64,000 nt of DNA from assembly GCA_964481555.1 (NCBI GenBank), contig CAYZTP010000001.1, forward strand, positions 38,576-102,575, in the 5' to 3' direction. Within the stretch, counting starts at the first letter, position 1. Each line of letters opens with the position of its first letter. The position numbers and the translations under genes were made by a program. Under the pieces are notes generated by a model. It ran no database searches. It worked only from the letters and a program-made list of their open reading frames with translations, and had not been told where the DNA came from. This stretch comes from an uncultured Clostridia bacterium (GTDB lineage Bacteria > Bacillota > Clostridia > Christensenellales > Borkfalkiaceae). This document shows positions 1 through 9,435 of this stretch, piece by piece.

Positions 1-537
1 AAGATCTACTCCCGCTTCGAGAGCGGCAATGAGCTTCGTTCCCTCCGTATCCGCTATTTTCAACGAATTCGGATCGACGGCTTTAAACAGCTCCCGGTAA
101 TAACCGGCGTCTACCCCGCGGGGAAGTCCGCCTGAAATAACCGTAATTTCCGAATGCGACGAAACATCGCGAATCATCTGCAAAAGCTCCATTAACTTAT
201 TTTCGCTCACCTGTCCGCCGATATCGTTGATTTCGGTCAGCATGGATTTCTTGTCGATGCACTTGTAATTTTCGCGCACTCTGCCGCTGTTCCATACAAA
301 AGAAAAGGGAACTCCTTCCTTATCGAGCGTCTGCTCGAACATCGTCCCGCTTTCGTTATACATGAATCCCGTGGCAAACGCCTCCGCGCCAAGCCTCGAA
401 ATTCCGATCGCCACATTGATTGCTTTTCCCGTAAAAGAAAGCGTTTTGTTCTTTACCACGTTTACTTTTCCGATGTTTAATGCGTCCAGTTCAATGGTAA
501 CATCGATACTCGGACTCATGCAAACAGTTAAAATCAT
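1..537 (-). CDS. fruK: 1-phosphofructokinase / PfkB-family sugar kinase, C-terminal part cut by window edge
   Basis: Not in ORF track because it is open to the left edge. Minus-strand ATG at 537 follows an AAGGGGGA RBS. Translation MILTVCMSPSIDVTIELDALNIGKVNVVKNKTLSFTGKAINVAIGISRLG... is a typical PfkB/FruK N-terminus. Confidence 0.75.
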   Translation of the reverse strand, partial: MILTVCMSPSIDVTIELDALNIGKVNVVKNKTLSFTGKAINVAIGISRLGAEAFATGFMYNESGTMFEQTLDKEGVPFSFVWNSGRVRENYKCIDKKSMLTEINDIGGQVSENKLMELLQMIRDVSSHSEITVISGGLPRGVDAGYYRELFKAVDPNSLKIADTEGTKLIAALEAGVDL

Positions 538-607
538 AACGATCCCCCTTATTCTTTGCGGAAGCCGAAAAAACGTTTCCGATTCGCTTCGCTATCAGAA
601 TAGCTTC

Positions 608-636
608 ATTATATTACATTTTACAGAAAATTTCAA
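608..636 (-). promoter_or_regulatory. sigmaA-type promoter for fruK
   Basis: Minus strand reads TTGAAA (631-636), a 17-nt spacer, then TATAAT (608-613). It lies about 70 nt upstream of the fruK ATG. Confidence 0.65.
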
Positions 637-677
637 TAGGCAAAGCGAAAGTTTTTTCGGATTCAATCATGATTTCA

Positions 678-708
678 CAAAAAACCCGCAATCATGCGGG
701 CTTTTTTC
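678..708 (-). terminator. intrinsic terminator after pfkA (bidirectional geometry)
   Basis: Stem CCCGCA / TGCGGG with a 4-nt loop. An A-run and a T-run flank it (AAAAAAGCCCGCATGATTGCGGGTTTTTTG on the minus strand). It sits 24 nt after the pfkA stop. Confidence 0.8.
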
Positions 709-731
709 CGAATGCGAACTCTTGCAATCTT

Positions 732-1694
732 TCACATCGAAATCATTTGCAAAGTTTCGTACAATTCATAGTTAAATTTCTTTTTCATGGAAACCGCTTC
801 GATGATATCCATATCGATGATTTCGTTCTTATGGATGCCCACCACGCGGTTTCCGATTTCATCTTTGAGAAGACGAGCCGCTTTGTTTCCGAATTGCGCC
901 GCAAGCATTCTGTCCGCCATAGAAGGAGAACCGCCGCGCTGAACGTGACCGATCGTAGTTGCGCGGACGGAATAAGTCGTATTCTCCTGCAACTGCTTGG
1001 CAAACGCTTCCGCGCTCATTACGCCTTCCGCCACGATAATAATGTTGGAATGTTTTCCGTTGGCGCGGGAGCGGTTGATGCGCATAACGATATCCTCCAT
1101 ATCGTAGGCGATTTCGGGAACCACGATAATCTCCGCGCCCGACGCGATTCCCGCATACAACGCGATATCGCCGCAGTGCCGACCCATCACTTCGACAACG
1201 GAGATGCGTTCGTGCGAATTCATCGTGTCGCGCAATTTATTGATGATTTCGAGACAGGTATTTACCGCCGTATCGAAACCGAGCGTATAGTCGGTATATT
1301 CTAGGTCGTTATCGATCGTTCCGGGAATGCCGATGGTGGGAATGCCGTAATTTTCCGTAAGGCATTTCGCGCCGCGAAAAGATCCGTCGCCGCCGATCAC
1401 CACAAGTCCTTCGATCCCCCGCCTTTCAAGCGTGGCAACCGCTTGTTTCTGACCGTCCACCGTCAGCATTTCGAGACAACGCGCCGTACGAAGTTTTGTT
1501 CCTCCGCGTTGAACGATATCGGAAACACTGCGCATTTCCATGGGCATCATTCTGTCTTCGATCAGCCCCGCGTAACCGCGTTCTATGCCGTAGACCTCCA
1601 TACCGTAATAAATTGCCGTACGGACAACCGCGCGAATCGCCGCATTCATTCCGGGCGCGTCGCCCCCGCTCGTCAAAATTCCGATTCTTTTCAT
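732..1694 (-). CDS. pfkA: ATP-dependent 6-phosphofructokinase
   Basis: 320 aa. N-terminus MKRIGILTSGGDAPGMNAAIRAVVR and the GGDGS and TIDND motifs are characteristic of PfkA. Confidence 0.95.
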   Translation of the reverse strand: MKRIGILTSGGDAPGMNAAIRAVVRTAIYYGMEVYGIERGYAGLIEDRMMPMEMRSVSDIVQRGGTKLRTARCLEMLTVDGQKQAVATLERRGIEGLVVIGGDGSFRGAKCLTENYGIPTIGIPGTIDNDLEYTDYTLGFDTAVNTCLEIINKLRDTMNSHERISVVEVMGRHCGDIALYAGIASGAEIIVVPEIAYDMEDIVMRINRSRANGKHSNIIIVAEGVMSAEAFAKQLQENTTYSVRATTIGHVQRGGSPSMADRMLAAQFGNKAARLLKDEIGNRVVGIHKNEIIDMDIIEAVSMKKKFNYELYETLQMISM

Positions 1695-1784
1695 AACAAT
1701 GAACCTCCGTCCACTTTTGTAGCATATCTATTATAGCAGAAAAAAAAGGAAAAGAAAAGTGGTTTTTAAAAATTTCCCGATGAA

Positions 1785-4700
1785 TTATATCAGCTTAATA
1801 CATCTTTCCGGCAAAAACGTGCGCAACTCCGCCAATAACGCTCGCGTTATACGCACCCGATATTCATACCGCTTTCCGCCGAACAGAATTTTCGCCATCG
1901 TGTCTCCCGCATATTCCTCTATCGCTTCGATCAGCTCTTCGAACTCGTCCGTCTCCATTCCGCGCGCGTCAAGCCACAATACTTGTTCATGCGTTTTCTG
2001 TTCTTCGGACGGCTCTTTCTCCCTTTCTTCGGGAAGAATAAATTCCGTTATCGTATCGGGAACGATGACGGGAAGCTTTTCGGGCGCGATATCCAGCTTG
2101 CCCGTAATTCTTACTACGATGTCCTGTTTGATAAAGGGTTTGATTTTATCATATACGCGCGGAAACGCAAGACAATCGATGCTGCCGTACAAATCCTCCA
2201 CCGTGACGAACGCCATAACCGCGCCCGCCTTAGTGGTTATTTTCTTGATCGAAGATACAATTCCGCCCATAGAAACGGATTGTCCGTTTACGACCTGCTG
2301 ATACGTTCGTTCGCCCGTCTCCTCGTCTTCCTCGTAATCCGCAAGCATACCGCAGTGGAAATTGCAATCCCGAAAATACTCCGCATACCGTTGGAAAGGA
2401 TGACCGCTTACATAAACGCCCAAAACGGATTTCTCTTTGGAAAGCAATTCCTGTACGTTCCATTCCGGAATTTCGGGATAGTCGGCTTGAGGAGCTTCTT
2501 CCTTGATGATTTCGCCGAACATCGACATTTGCGCGCTGTTTTTTTGTTTATCGATTCCGGATACGCGCTTCATCAGTTCTTCATACACGGCGATGTATTG
2601 CGAACGGTGTTTTCCCATACCGTCGAAAGCGCCGCCGAGGATAAGGCTTTCAACCATGCGTTTATTGACGAATTTCGTGCAGCGCAATAAAAAGTCGGAA
2701 AAATCGCGGAATAGTCCGTTTTGCACGCGCTCTTCTATAATGCTTTCCATTGCGGAGATGCCTACGCCGCGCAAAGCGCAAAGCCCGAAACGGAGTCCGT
2801 CTCCTTCCACCGAGAAAAATGCTTTGGACTTATTTACGTCGGGCGGATAAACCGCAATATTTTTTTCTTTCATATAGACGACGTATTTGGCGATCTCTTC
2901 TATTTTTGTGATACGGTTGTTTAAAACGCCTGCCAAAAATTCTTTGGGGTAGTAGCGTTTGAGATAAGCGGTTTGATAGGTGATAACCGCATATGCCGCC
3001 GCGTGCGATTTGTTGAACGCATAGGAAGCGAAACTCTCCATTTGTCCGAATAATTCCGTAGCGACCTCGGGAGCAATCCCGTGCGCGGCGCATCCCGTAA
3101 TATTGCCGCCCTTGTCGATATCTCCGTAAATGAACTTATCCTTTTGCTGCATCAGTTCGTTGCGGTGCTTTTTTGCCATCGCTCTGCGTACAAGATCCGC
3201 TTGTCCGAGCGAATATCCCGCAAGATTTTGGAAAATCTGCATGACTTGTTCTTGATAGATGATCGTGCCGTACGTCTTTTCAAGAATAGGTTTCAAAAGA
3301 GGCGTTAAATAATCGATATGTTCGGGATCCGCCCTGTTTTTTAGGTATGCGGGAATAAAGTCCATTGGCCCCGGGCGGTAGAGAGAGATGCCCGCGATGA
3401 GATCTTCGAGACAAGTCGGTTGAAGCTGTTTCATAAACCGTTTCATGCCGCCTTGTTCCAGTTGGAATACCGCATCGGTATCGCCTTCCGAAATCAGTTC
3501 ATAAGCGCCTTGATCGTTACAATCCTGCCCGAATACGATGGTTTCGCCCGTATCTTCTTTGATATAATCGAGCGTCTTTTTGATATCGGTCAGCGTCGTA
3601 AGCGCGAGGAAGTCCATTTTCAGCATGCCGATGGACTCCACTTCTTTCATATCGAACTGAGTCGTAATGTCCTCTCCGTTACGGGAGAGCGGAACGTTGT
3701 CGGCAATTTTTTTTCTGCAAATGACGACGCCGGCGGCGTGCATTCCGGTTTGACGAGGCATTCCTTCGAGCTTTAATCCCATATCGATAACGCGCTTCAT
3801 ATTATCGCCCGAATTATAGATATCGATAAAATCCTGATTGCGTTTGCCCTCCAATGCGGAAAGAGTTTTTAACGCTTCATCATGTTTATCGGGATCGCCT
3901 TCCGTCTCTTGAACGTTCAGCGCCGCTTTTTCGATGTTCAGCCCCAGCAAATCGGCAATGCTCGATTTACCGTCCATGAGCTTGGTAATGCGATCCGTTT
4001 CCGAATAAGGGATACGCATTACGCGCCCAACGTCTTTAATGACCGCGCGGGAAGCAAGCGTCCCGAACGTAACAATTTGCGCAACGTTTTCGGGATGATA
4101 ACGTCTGCGGACGTATTCGATGGTTTCCGCTCTGCGCTCGGTGCAGAAATCGACGTCGAAGTCGGGCATGGATACGCGATCCGGATTCAAAAAACGCTCA
4201 AACAGCAAATCGTATCGAAGCGGATCGACGTTCGTAATTCCGATCGCGTAGGCAACGATACTGCCCACGCCCGATCCGCGGCCGGGTCCTACCGGAATAT
4301 CGTTGAGCCGCGACCAGTTGATGTAATCCCATACGATTAAATAGTAATCGGCGAACCCCATTTTAATGATGATATTCAATTCGTATTCGGCGCGCGCTCT
4401 GATTTCTTCCGTTACGGGGGAATAGCGTTTTGGAAGCCCCTCTTCTGTCAGCCGCCGCAAAAAGTCGGGAGAGGAAGATCCGTCGTCCGCCGTATAAAGC
4501 GGGATCAGCGATTTATCGTAAATGGGTACGCCTTTTTCCGTAAGGTTAAAGGGCGTATCCGTATCGGAAACCTTATTTGCGATTACCCTTGTGTTTGCAA
4601 TCGCTTCGGGCAAGTCGGGAAAAAGCGCCGCCATTTCGTCGCCCGATTTCATATAAAACTCATGCGTTTGCATCTTCATGCGCGCGGGGTCGTCGAGCGT

Positions 4701-5369
4701 ACTCTTTGTCTGAATACACAACAGCACGTCCTGCATCTCCCAATCCTCTTTTTTGAGGTAATGCACGTCGTTCGTCGCTACGAGGGGAATTCCCGTTTCG
4801 CGCGAAATGCGTATGATAAGAGGAAGGATCTGCTTTTGCTCGGGTATTCCGTGATCTTGAATTTCCAAATAGAAATCCTCGCCGTATATCTCGCGCATGG
4901 AAAGAGCAAACTGTTTTGCGCCGTCGTAATCTCCCGCCATTAACAGACGCGGTAGTCTGCCCGCCAAACAGGCGGAAAGACATATGACGCCCTCCGAGTG
5001 GTCTTTCAGAATGGAGTAATCGATTCGCGGACGGTAATAAAAGCCGTCTACAAACGCCAGAGAATCGAGCTGAACGAGGTTTATGTATCCCGCCTTATTT
5101 TTCGCAAGCAAAATCAAATGATCGGCATGACGGTCTGTTTTCTTGCGGTAATCGTCTACGACATAAAATTCGCAGCCGACGATCGCCTTGATTCCCGCGC
5201 TTTTACACGCTTCGGAAAACCGAAGCGAAGCGTACATATTGCCGTGGTCGGTAACGGCGACGGCGTCGATATTATTTTGTGTGCAATGCTGAACAAGCTC
5301 CTTCACCTTTACCGCGCCGTCAAGTAAGCTGTATTCCGTATGCAAATGCAAATGTACAAAATCAGTCAT
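1785..5369 (-). CDS. dnaE: DNA polymerase III alpha subunit
   Basis: PHP N-terminus FVHLHLHTEYSLLDG, about 1190 aa, polIII alpha core and a C-terminal OB region. Start moved from ORF-track 5396 to ATG 5369 (AAGGA RBS), which overlaps the whiA stop by 8 nt. Confidence 0.95.
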   Translation of the reverse strand: MTDFVHLHLHTEYSLLDGAVKVKELVQHCTQNNIDAVAVTDHGNMYASLRFSEACKSAGIKAIVGCEFYVVDDYRKKTDRHADHLILLAKNKAGYINLVQLDSLAFVDGFYYRPRIDYSILKDHSEGVICLSACLAGRLPRLLMAGDYDGAKQFALSMREIYGEDFYLEIQDHGIPEQKQILPLIIRISRETGIPLVATNDVHYLKKEDWEMQDVLLCIQTKSTLDDPARMKMQTHEFYMKSGDEMAALFPDLPEAIANTRVIANKVSDTDTPFNLTEKGVPIYDKSLIPLYTADDGSSSPDFLRRLTEEGLPKRYSPVTEEIRARAEYELNIIIKMGFADYYLIVWDYINWSRLNDIPVGPGRGSGVGSIVAYAIGITNVDPLRYDLLFERFLNPDRVSMPDFDVDFCTERRAETIEYVRRRYHPENVAQIVTFGTLASRAVIKDVGRVMRIPYSETDRITKLMDGKSSIADLLGLNIEKAALNVQETEGDPDKHDEALKTLSALEGKRNQDFIDIYNSGDNMKRVIDMGLKLEGMPRQTGMHAAGVVICRKKIADNVPLSRNGEDITTQFDMKEVESIGMLKMDFLALTTLTDIKKTLDYIKEDTGETIVFGQDCNDQGAYELISEGDTDAVFQLEQGGMKRFMKQLQPTCLEDLIAGISLYRPGPMDFIPAYLKNRADPEHIDYLTPLLKPILEKTYGTIIYQEQVMQIFQNLAGYSLGQADLVRRAMAKKHRNELMQQKDKFIYGDIDKGGNITGCAAHGIAPEVATELFGQMESFASYAFNKSHAAAYAVITYQTAYLKRYYPKEFLAGVLNNRITKIEEIAKYVVYMKEKNIAVYPPDVNKSKAFFSVEGDGLRFGLCALRGVGISAMESIIEERVQNGLFRDFSDFLLRCTKFVNKRMVESLILGGAFDGMGKHRSQYIAVYEELMKRVSGIDKQKNSAQMSMFGEIIKEEAPQADYPEIPEWNVQELLSKEKSVLGVYVSGHPFQRYAEYFRDCNFHCGMLADYEEDEETGERTYQQVVNGQSVSMGGIVSSIKKITTKAGAVMAFVTVEDLYGSIDCLAFPRVYDKIKPFIKQDIVVRITGKLDIAPEKLPVIVPDTITEFILPEEREKEPSEEQKTHEQVLWLDARGMETDEFEELIEAIEEYAGDTMAKILFGGKRYEYRVRITRALLAELRTFLPERCIKLI

Positions 5370-6285
5370 GGTCGCATTCCTTCTTGCAGATTTCAAGCAA
5401 TTTTCGCAATCTATGGTTCAAACAGCTTTTGCTGACGCCCGAAGCTTGCGCGAGTTCCGAAAGCGAATAAGTCGGATATTTCATGCGCAGGGCGGCTGTC
5501 TGCCGAAGCGGTTCGTCAAGACGGGCAAGTTTTCCGCTTTGCTGTAACTTTTGCAGAGCGAGAATATGGTTCGCGCTGGCGATCGCCGCCTTATCGGCAT
5601 TGCCCGCAAAACAATTAGAAACTCTGTTTTCCCGGTTGCTTTCCGCGCGGGCGGCGGAAATTTCGTCAAGCCGTTTCAGCGCGCCGTTTGCGCCGATGAT
5701 CGCAAGAAAATCGCTGATCGATTCACGGTTTTTACAATAGACGACGTATGTATCTTCGCGCAAGACGATCCCACCGATGAGTTGAAGCGTATCCAACAGT
5801 TCCAAGAACGACTGCGCGTAATCTTTGCCGTGAAAAACAAATTCTAGATGGTATCCCGTTTTTCCTCCGTCGTGCGGAACCGTGCAGCTGCCGCTTCCGA
5901 GAAACGCGCCTTGCAGATAGGCGCTCATTTCCGCTTCCGAAGAACGCGTTTTGCACAAGCCGGCAGCGCTATATCGTTCCGTTTCCCCAATAAAGCGGGC
6001 GGCGTTCTCTTCCGCGTAGCGGAACGATATTTTATTCCGCCCGTGTTTATGATCCGCCTCCGTTACCGTCATGCAGATGCCGAAAAGCTCGTCCGTAAGA
6101 AACAGGATATATTGCGCAACATCCTCGTCCGCAGTGGTAAAGGAAAATTCCGCCCTTTCTCCGCAGCCGCCGCAGACGACTTGTCCGCTCGTATTAAGGA
6201 ACGCGGTAAATTGGGCAAGACGGAGACCGCGCTCTTTCGGCGCGATCCGTAATATATCTTTTCGAATCTTTTCGGTAAAATTCAT
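5362..6285 (-). CDS. whiA: sporulation/cell-division regulator WhiA
   Basis: 307 aa. LAGLIDADG-like middle domain (YLQGAFLGSGSC) and a C-terminal HTH (YSLSELAQASGVSKSCLNHRLRKL), as in WhiA. Confidence 0.85.
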   Translation of the reverse strand: MNFTEKIRKDILRIAPKERGLRLAQFTAFLNTSGQVVCGGCGERAEFSFTTADEDVAQYILFLTDELFGICMTVTEADHKHGRNKISFRYAEENAARFIGETERYSAAGLCKTRSSEAEMSAYLQGAFLGSGSCTVPHDGGKTGYHLEFVFHGKDYAQSFLELLDTLQLIGGIVLREDTYVVYCKNRESISDFLAIIGANGALKRLDEISAARAESNRENRVSNCFAGNADKAAIASANHILALQKLQQSGKLARLDEPLRQTAALRMKYPTYSLSELAQASGVSKSCLNHRLRKLLEICKKECDHD

Positions 6286-6306
6286 AGAGCACCTTGCCTG
6301 CGAGAA

Positions 6307-7080
6307 TTATAAATCACGTTTCTTATATTCGGCAAGACGGAAATGCGGCATTCTTCCGTCAATGTTATCGATTCTGTCAAGCGGTATCCCCACGCGCATG
6401 ATCTGCCGTTCGGCGATTGCGATATCCCCTATCCGTTCGATGGAATGCGCGTCCGAATTGACGATAAAACGCACCCCTGTGTCCGCAACCGCCGCAAGCT
6501 CTTCGTCTGTAAGATGCGTTTTTTTGCCGCTGATCTCCACATAAGTTCCGTAATCGCGGCAACATTTCGCCACTTCCACCGCATCGGCGAAGCATTGATA
6601 ATTAATATGCGTTACGACGTCGATCGGATTCCGCATTACGGCGTTGCAATAAGCGCGCGTCGTTTCCTTAATCAGCCTTTGGGAAGGCTTTCTTCCCATA
6701 TGGTATTTTAGGTATCCTTGACACTGATTGATAAAATCATGCAGAGTTTCCGTGCGCGCGCAAACATGAAATCCCGCCAAATACACGTCGAAATCGCGGA
6801 AGTCTTCCTCTTTCAAATCGCTTGTACCCTCTCTTCCGCAAATATTCGCTTCGATTCCGACGAGTATGGGAATACCCGTTTGTTTTTCCGCGTCCCGAAT
6901 TTCCCGTATATACTTTTCTTTTTCCCTGCGTCGTATTCCGAAAGCGAAATGCGTAAAACCGTGCTCGGTGATCGCTATGGTTTTTAAACCGAGCTCTTTC
7001 GCGCGCGCGGCGTTTTCGGCGATCGTGTTTTTTCCGTCGGAATATTTGGTATGTGTGTGAAAATCTGCCGTAAGCTTCAT
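6307..7080 (-). CDS. PHP-domain metal-dependent phosphoesterase
   Basis: MKLTADFHTHTKYSDG N-terminus, ITEHG and a late SDAH motif. Start set to ATG 7080 instead of the upstream extension. Confidence 0.75.
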   Translation of the reverse strand: MKLTADFHTHTKYSDGKNTIAENAARAKELGLKTIAITEHGFTHFAFGIRRREKEKYIREIRDAEKQTGIPILVGIEANICGREGTSDLKEEDFRDFDVYLAGFHVCARTETLHDFINQCQGYLKYHMGRKPSQRLIKETTRAYCNAVMRNPIDVVTHINYQCFADAVEVAKCCRDYGTYVEISGKKTHLTDEELAAVADTGVRFIVNSDAHSIERIGDIAIAERQIMRVGIPLDRIDNIDGRMPHFRLAEYKKRDL

Positions 7081-7099
7081 ATGAATTCCGATTACTCTC

Positions 7100-7987
7100 C
7101 TATGTATCGGGTAAATATCTGATTTCTTCGCGCAGTAAAATCCCCGTTTTCCGCGCAACCGTACGTTTGACGATTTGAATAAGGCGTTTTACGTCCTCCG
7201 CCGTTCCGCCCTCGTTGAGAATAAAATTGGCGTGCCGATCGGAAACGTATGCGCCTCCGCAACGCAACCCTTTCAAACCGCATTCGTCAATCAGTTTTCC
7301 CGCCGGACACTCTTCGGGATTCACGAATGTACATCCCATACTTCTCCCTTTGGGAAGAAAAGCGCGTTTTTCCGAAAAAAAGCGCATATTCTCTTGTATT
7401 TTTTCAATCGGACGGCGTATGAAACGGAAACATACCTCGGTTATAGCGATTTTATTTTGAAATATACTCGTTTTTTCTCCGAACAGGCAATCCTTTTTTT
7501 GTAATATACGGATTTCACCCCGATCTACGCAGACAACGTAATCGAGAAAGTCGGAAATATGTCCTTCGGCTACGCCCGCATTCATGACGACGGCGCCGCC
7601 CACCGTCATGGGGATTCCCGTGAGAGGTTCCAATCCGCTCAATCCGTTCTCCCGAGCAAATCGGCAAAGTTCGTCTCCCGTTACCCCCGCGCCGGCGATC
7701 ACCGTCTCTCCGTCGGAAAAGAGATCGTTTAAGAAACGGAACCGCACGACCACGCCTTCGAAAAATCCGTCCGAAGGGAGGGAATTTGCGCCGGCGCCTA
7801 AAAAACAAAACGGAACGGCTTCCCGCTGCAAACACCGGATGATCGAGGCGGTTTGGGCGGTGTCGCGGGGAGAAATCGCCGCCGCGGCGCAGCCTCCGCA
7901 GCCGATCGTCGTATGTCGGGCGAAAGAAAAATCACGTTCGATTTCGGCGCGCGGAAATCGTTCTTTCAGCCATGTAACAAGCTCCAT
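7100..7987 (-). CDS. murB: UDP-N-acetylenolpyruvoylglucosamine reductase
   Basis: 295 aa. FAD-binding N-terminus HTTIGCGG, GAGANSL, and a C-terminal MurB segment (GGAYVSDRHANFILNEG). Confidence 0.9.
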   Translation of the reverse strand: MELVTWLKERFPRAEIERDFSFARHTTIGCGGCAAAAISPRDTAQTASIIRCLQREAVPFCFLGAGANSLPSDGFFEGVVVRFRFLNDLFSDGETVIAGAGVTGDELCRFARENGLSGLEPLTGIPMTVGGAVVMNAGVAEGHISDFLDYVVCVDRGEIRILQKKDCLFGEKTSIFQNKIAITEVCFRFIRRPIEKIQENMRFFSEKRAFLPKGRSMGCTFVNPEECPAGKLIDECGLKGLRCGGAYVSDRHANFILNEGGTAEDVKRLIQIVKRTVARKTGILLREEIRYLPDT

Positions 7988-8027
7988 AAAAAAGCTCCTT
8001 TTATTCTATCATACTTTTAAGCTGAAT

Positions 8028-8939
8028 TCAAATGTTTTTCAAAAAATTTTCCGCCGTTTTTAAATCGCCGTTTGCCGCCGCTTCGGAGAGCTTTTTCAAT
8101 GAGTCGTCCGATATGAACGCGCACACTGTTTTTTGAACGTTTCCCGCGATAAAGTCGTCGTTCCCCGCCATGGAATACATACCGATTTCCGAAAGCATAC
8201 TCTGCACTTCGTCTGAAAAAAGTTCCCGCAAAAACGCGTCGCAATCGTCTTTGTGTTCTAAGGACAGAACGGAAATATACTGATACAAATCGCAATACGT
8301 CGGCAGCGGACGATAATATACGGCGGTATTGCGCGCCACAAAACGGCAAAGATCGCGCTGCGTACCAAGCAAATATCGATATTTGCCGCTTAATAACCCC
8401 GTGTATGCTGTAAGAGAATCCGTTAATAACCCGTCTATTTCATGATACGCCGCCGCAAGCGCGGACAAGTTATTTCCGCCGCAGGAAACGGCAACTGCAC
8501 CATCGTCGTCGAAATTTTTATCAAGCGAGAAAAGCGCGTAACCGCCTCTGCACCAGGGATAGGCGAGACAGCCGTTCTCCGTTTCTCCCCCGACGAACGA
8601 ATAATCGAGCGGTACGCTATATTCCGCAAATACGGAAAGCCCCGTTCCGAAAGAGAGAATGTCCGGCTTGTCTCCGTTGAGAAAGGCCTCTTTCGCGCCG
8701 TCCAACGTATAACTGCTTACCAAATAATATACTTCTCCCGCCGTCTTTTCGGCGCGAAGCGCGACTTTTTTCAAAAATGAAGTACGGGATCCCTTGCCCC
8801 CTTCAAAAGTATCCACATTCCATATTCGAATAATTCGCTTTGTGTCCACTGCGGCGTTGTTTTCGTCGGGGTAAAATATTACGGCGCAAAAAACGGCCGC
8901 CGCTAAAACAAAAGGAAACATCCGTTTGAGCCGAGACAT
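8028..8939 (-). CDS. hypothetical membrane-anchored/exported protein
   Basis: N-terminal hydrophobic helix MFPFVLAAAVFCAVIF, no recognisable motif. ORF-track start 8960 is GTG; the ATG at 8939 lies downstream of a TATAAT at 8966-8971 on the minus strand. Confidence 0.5.
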   Translation of the reverse strand: MSRLKRMFPFVLAAAVFCAVIFYPDENNAAVDTKRIIRIWNVDTFEGGKGSRTSFLKKVALRAEKTAGEVYYLVSSYTLDGAKEAFLNGDKPDILSFGTGLSVFAEYSVPLDYSFVGGETENGCLAYPWCRGGYALFSLDKNFDDDGAVAVSCGGNNLSALAAAYHEIDGLLTDSLTAYTGLLSGKYRYLLGTQRDLCRFVARNTAVYYRPLPTYCDLYQYISVLSLEHKDDCDAFLRELFSDEVQSMLSEIGMYSMAGNDDFIAGNVQKTVCAFISDDSLKKLSEAAANGDLKTAENFLKNI

Positions 8940-9060
8940 TTGAAAGACGCGTTTTCCCACACGCTATTATATGTTATCGTAATCGGAAATATCCGCAAAA
9001 CGTTAAGGACGCCGTTAGGCGTCCTTAATGTGCTCTTGCTTCGGCAAAAGCTCTATCTTG

Positions 9061-9089
9061 AAGCGGTTACCCACTACCGCTTATTTTTT
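9061..9089 (+). terminator. orphan terminator-like hairpin (no upstream plus-strand gene)
   Basis: AAGCGGT-N8-ACCGCTT followed by ATTTTTT on the plus strand. Confidence 0.4.
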
Positions 9090-9125
9090 GCAGACAGTAG
9101 TTTTTTATGCGGCGGACGCGCCGTA

Positions 9126-9160
9126 AAAAGTAAAAAAGAGATCGGTCGAAGACCGATCTC
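9126..9160 (-). terminator. intrinsic terminator after DUF1540-like gene
   Basis: Perfect 10-bp stem GAGATCGGTC/GACCGATCTC followed by TTTTTTACTTTTT on the minus strand. It starts 10 nt after the stop codon. Confidence 0.85.
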
Positions 9161-9170
9161 CGTACGACTT

Positions 9171-9326
9171 TTATCTTCTTTTTTGATAGCTGTCGCAGCA
9201 GGTGCAATGTTCGCAGTCGCAAGTATTGCCCACATGAATACGATCCAGTTCGCAATGCATCCCGTCCGAATTAAATCTGCAATCGGTTACTCCGCAGGAT
9301 ACGCCGTCGTTGACCTTATGTTCCAT
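9171..9326 (-). CDS. small Cys-rich protein, DUF1540-like (51 aa)
   Basis: Below the ORF-track size cut-off. AAAGGAGG RBS 6 nt before the ATG. Translation is MEHKVNDGVSCGVTDCRFNSDGMHCELDRIHVGNTCDCEHCTCCDSYQKRR. The C-x-V-x2-C-x-F-N-x4-C-x6-V pattern recalls DUF1540. It has its own terminator. Confidence 0.65.
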   Translation of the reverse strand: MEHKVNDGVSCGVTDCRFNSDGMHCELDRIHVGNTCDCEHCTCCDSYQKRR

Positions 9327-9384
9327 CGTAATCCTCCTTTTACGAGTATTATGTGCGTTTTTTCGAAAATTTTACAAAAGAGGA

Positions 9385-9414
9385 TTGACAAATAAGTCCC
9401 GCTTTTGTTACAAT
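9385..9414 (+). promoter_or_regulatory. sigmaA promoter for rplI
   Basis: TTGACA (9385-9390), 18-nt spacer, TACAAT (9409-9414). An AAGGAGAAG RBS follows. Confidence 0.75.
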
Positions 9415-9435
9415 TATCCAAAGGAGAAGTCAATC

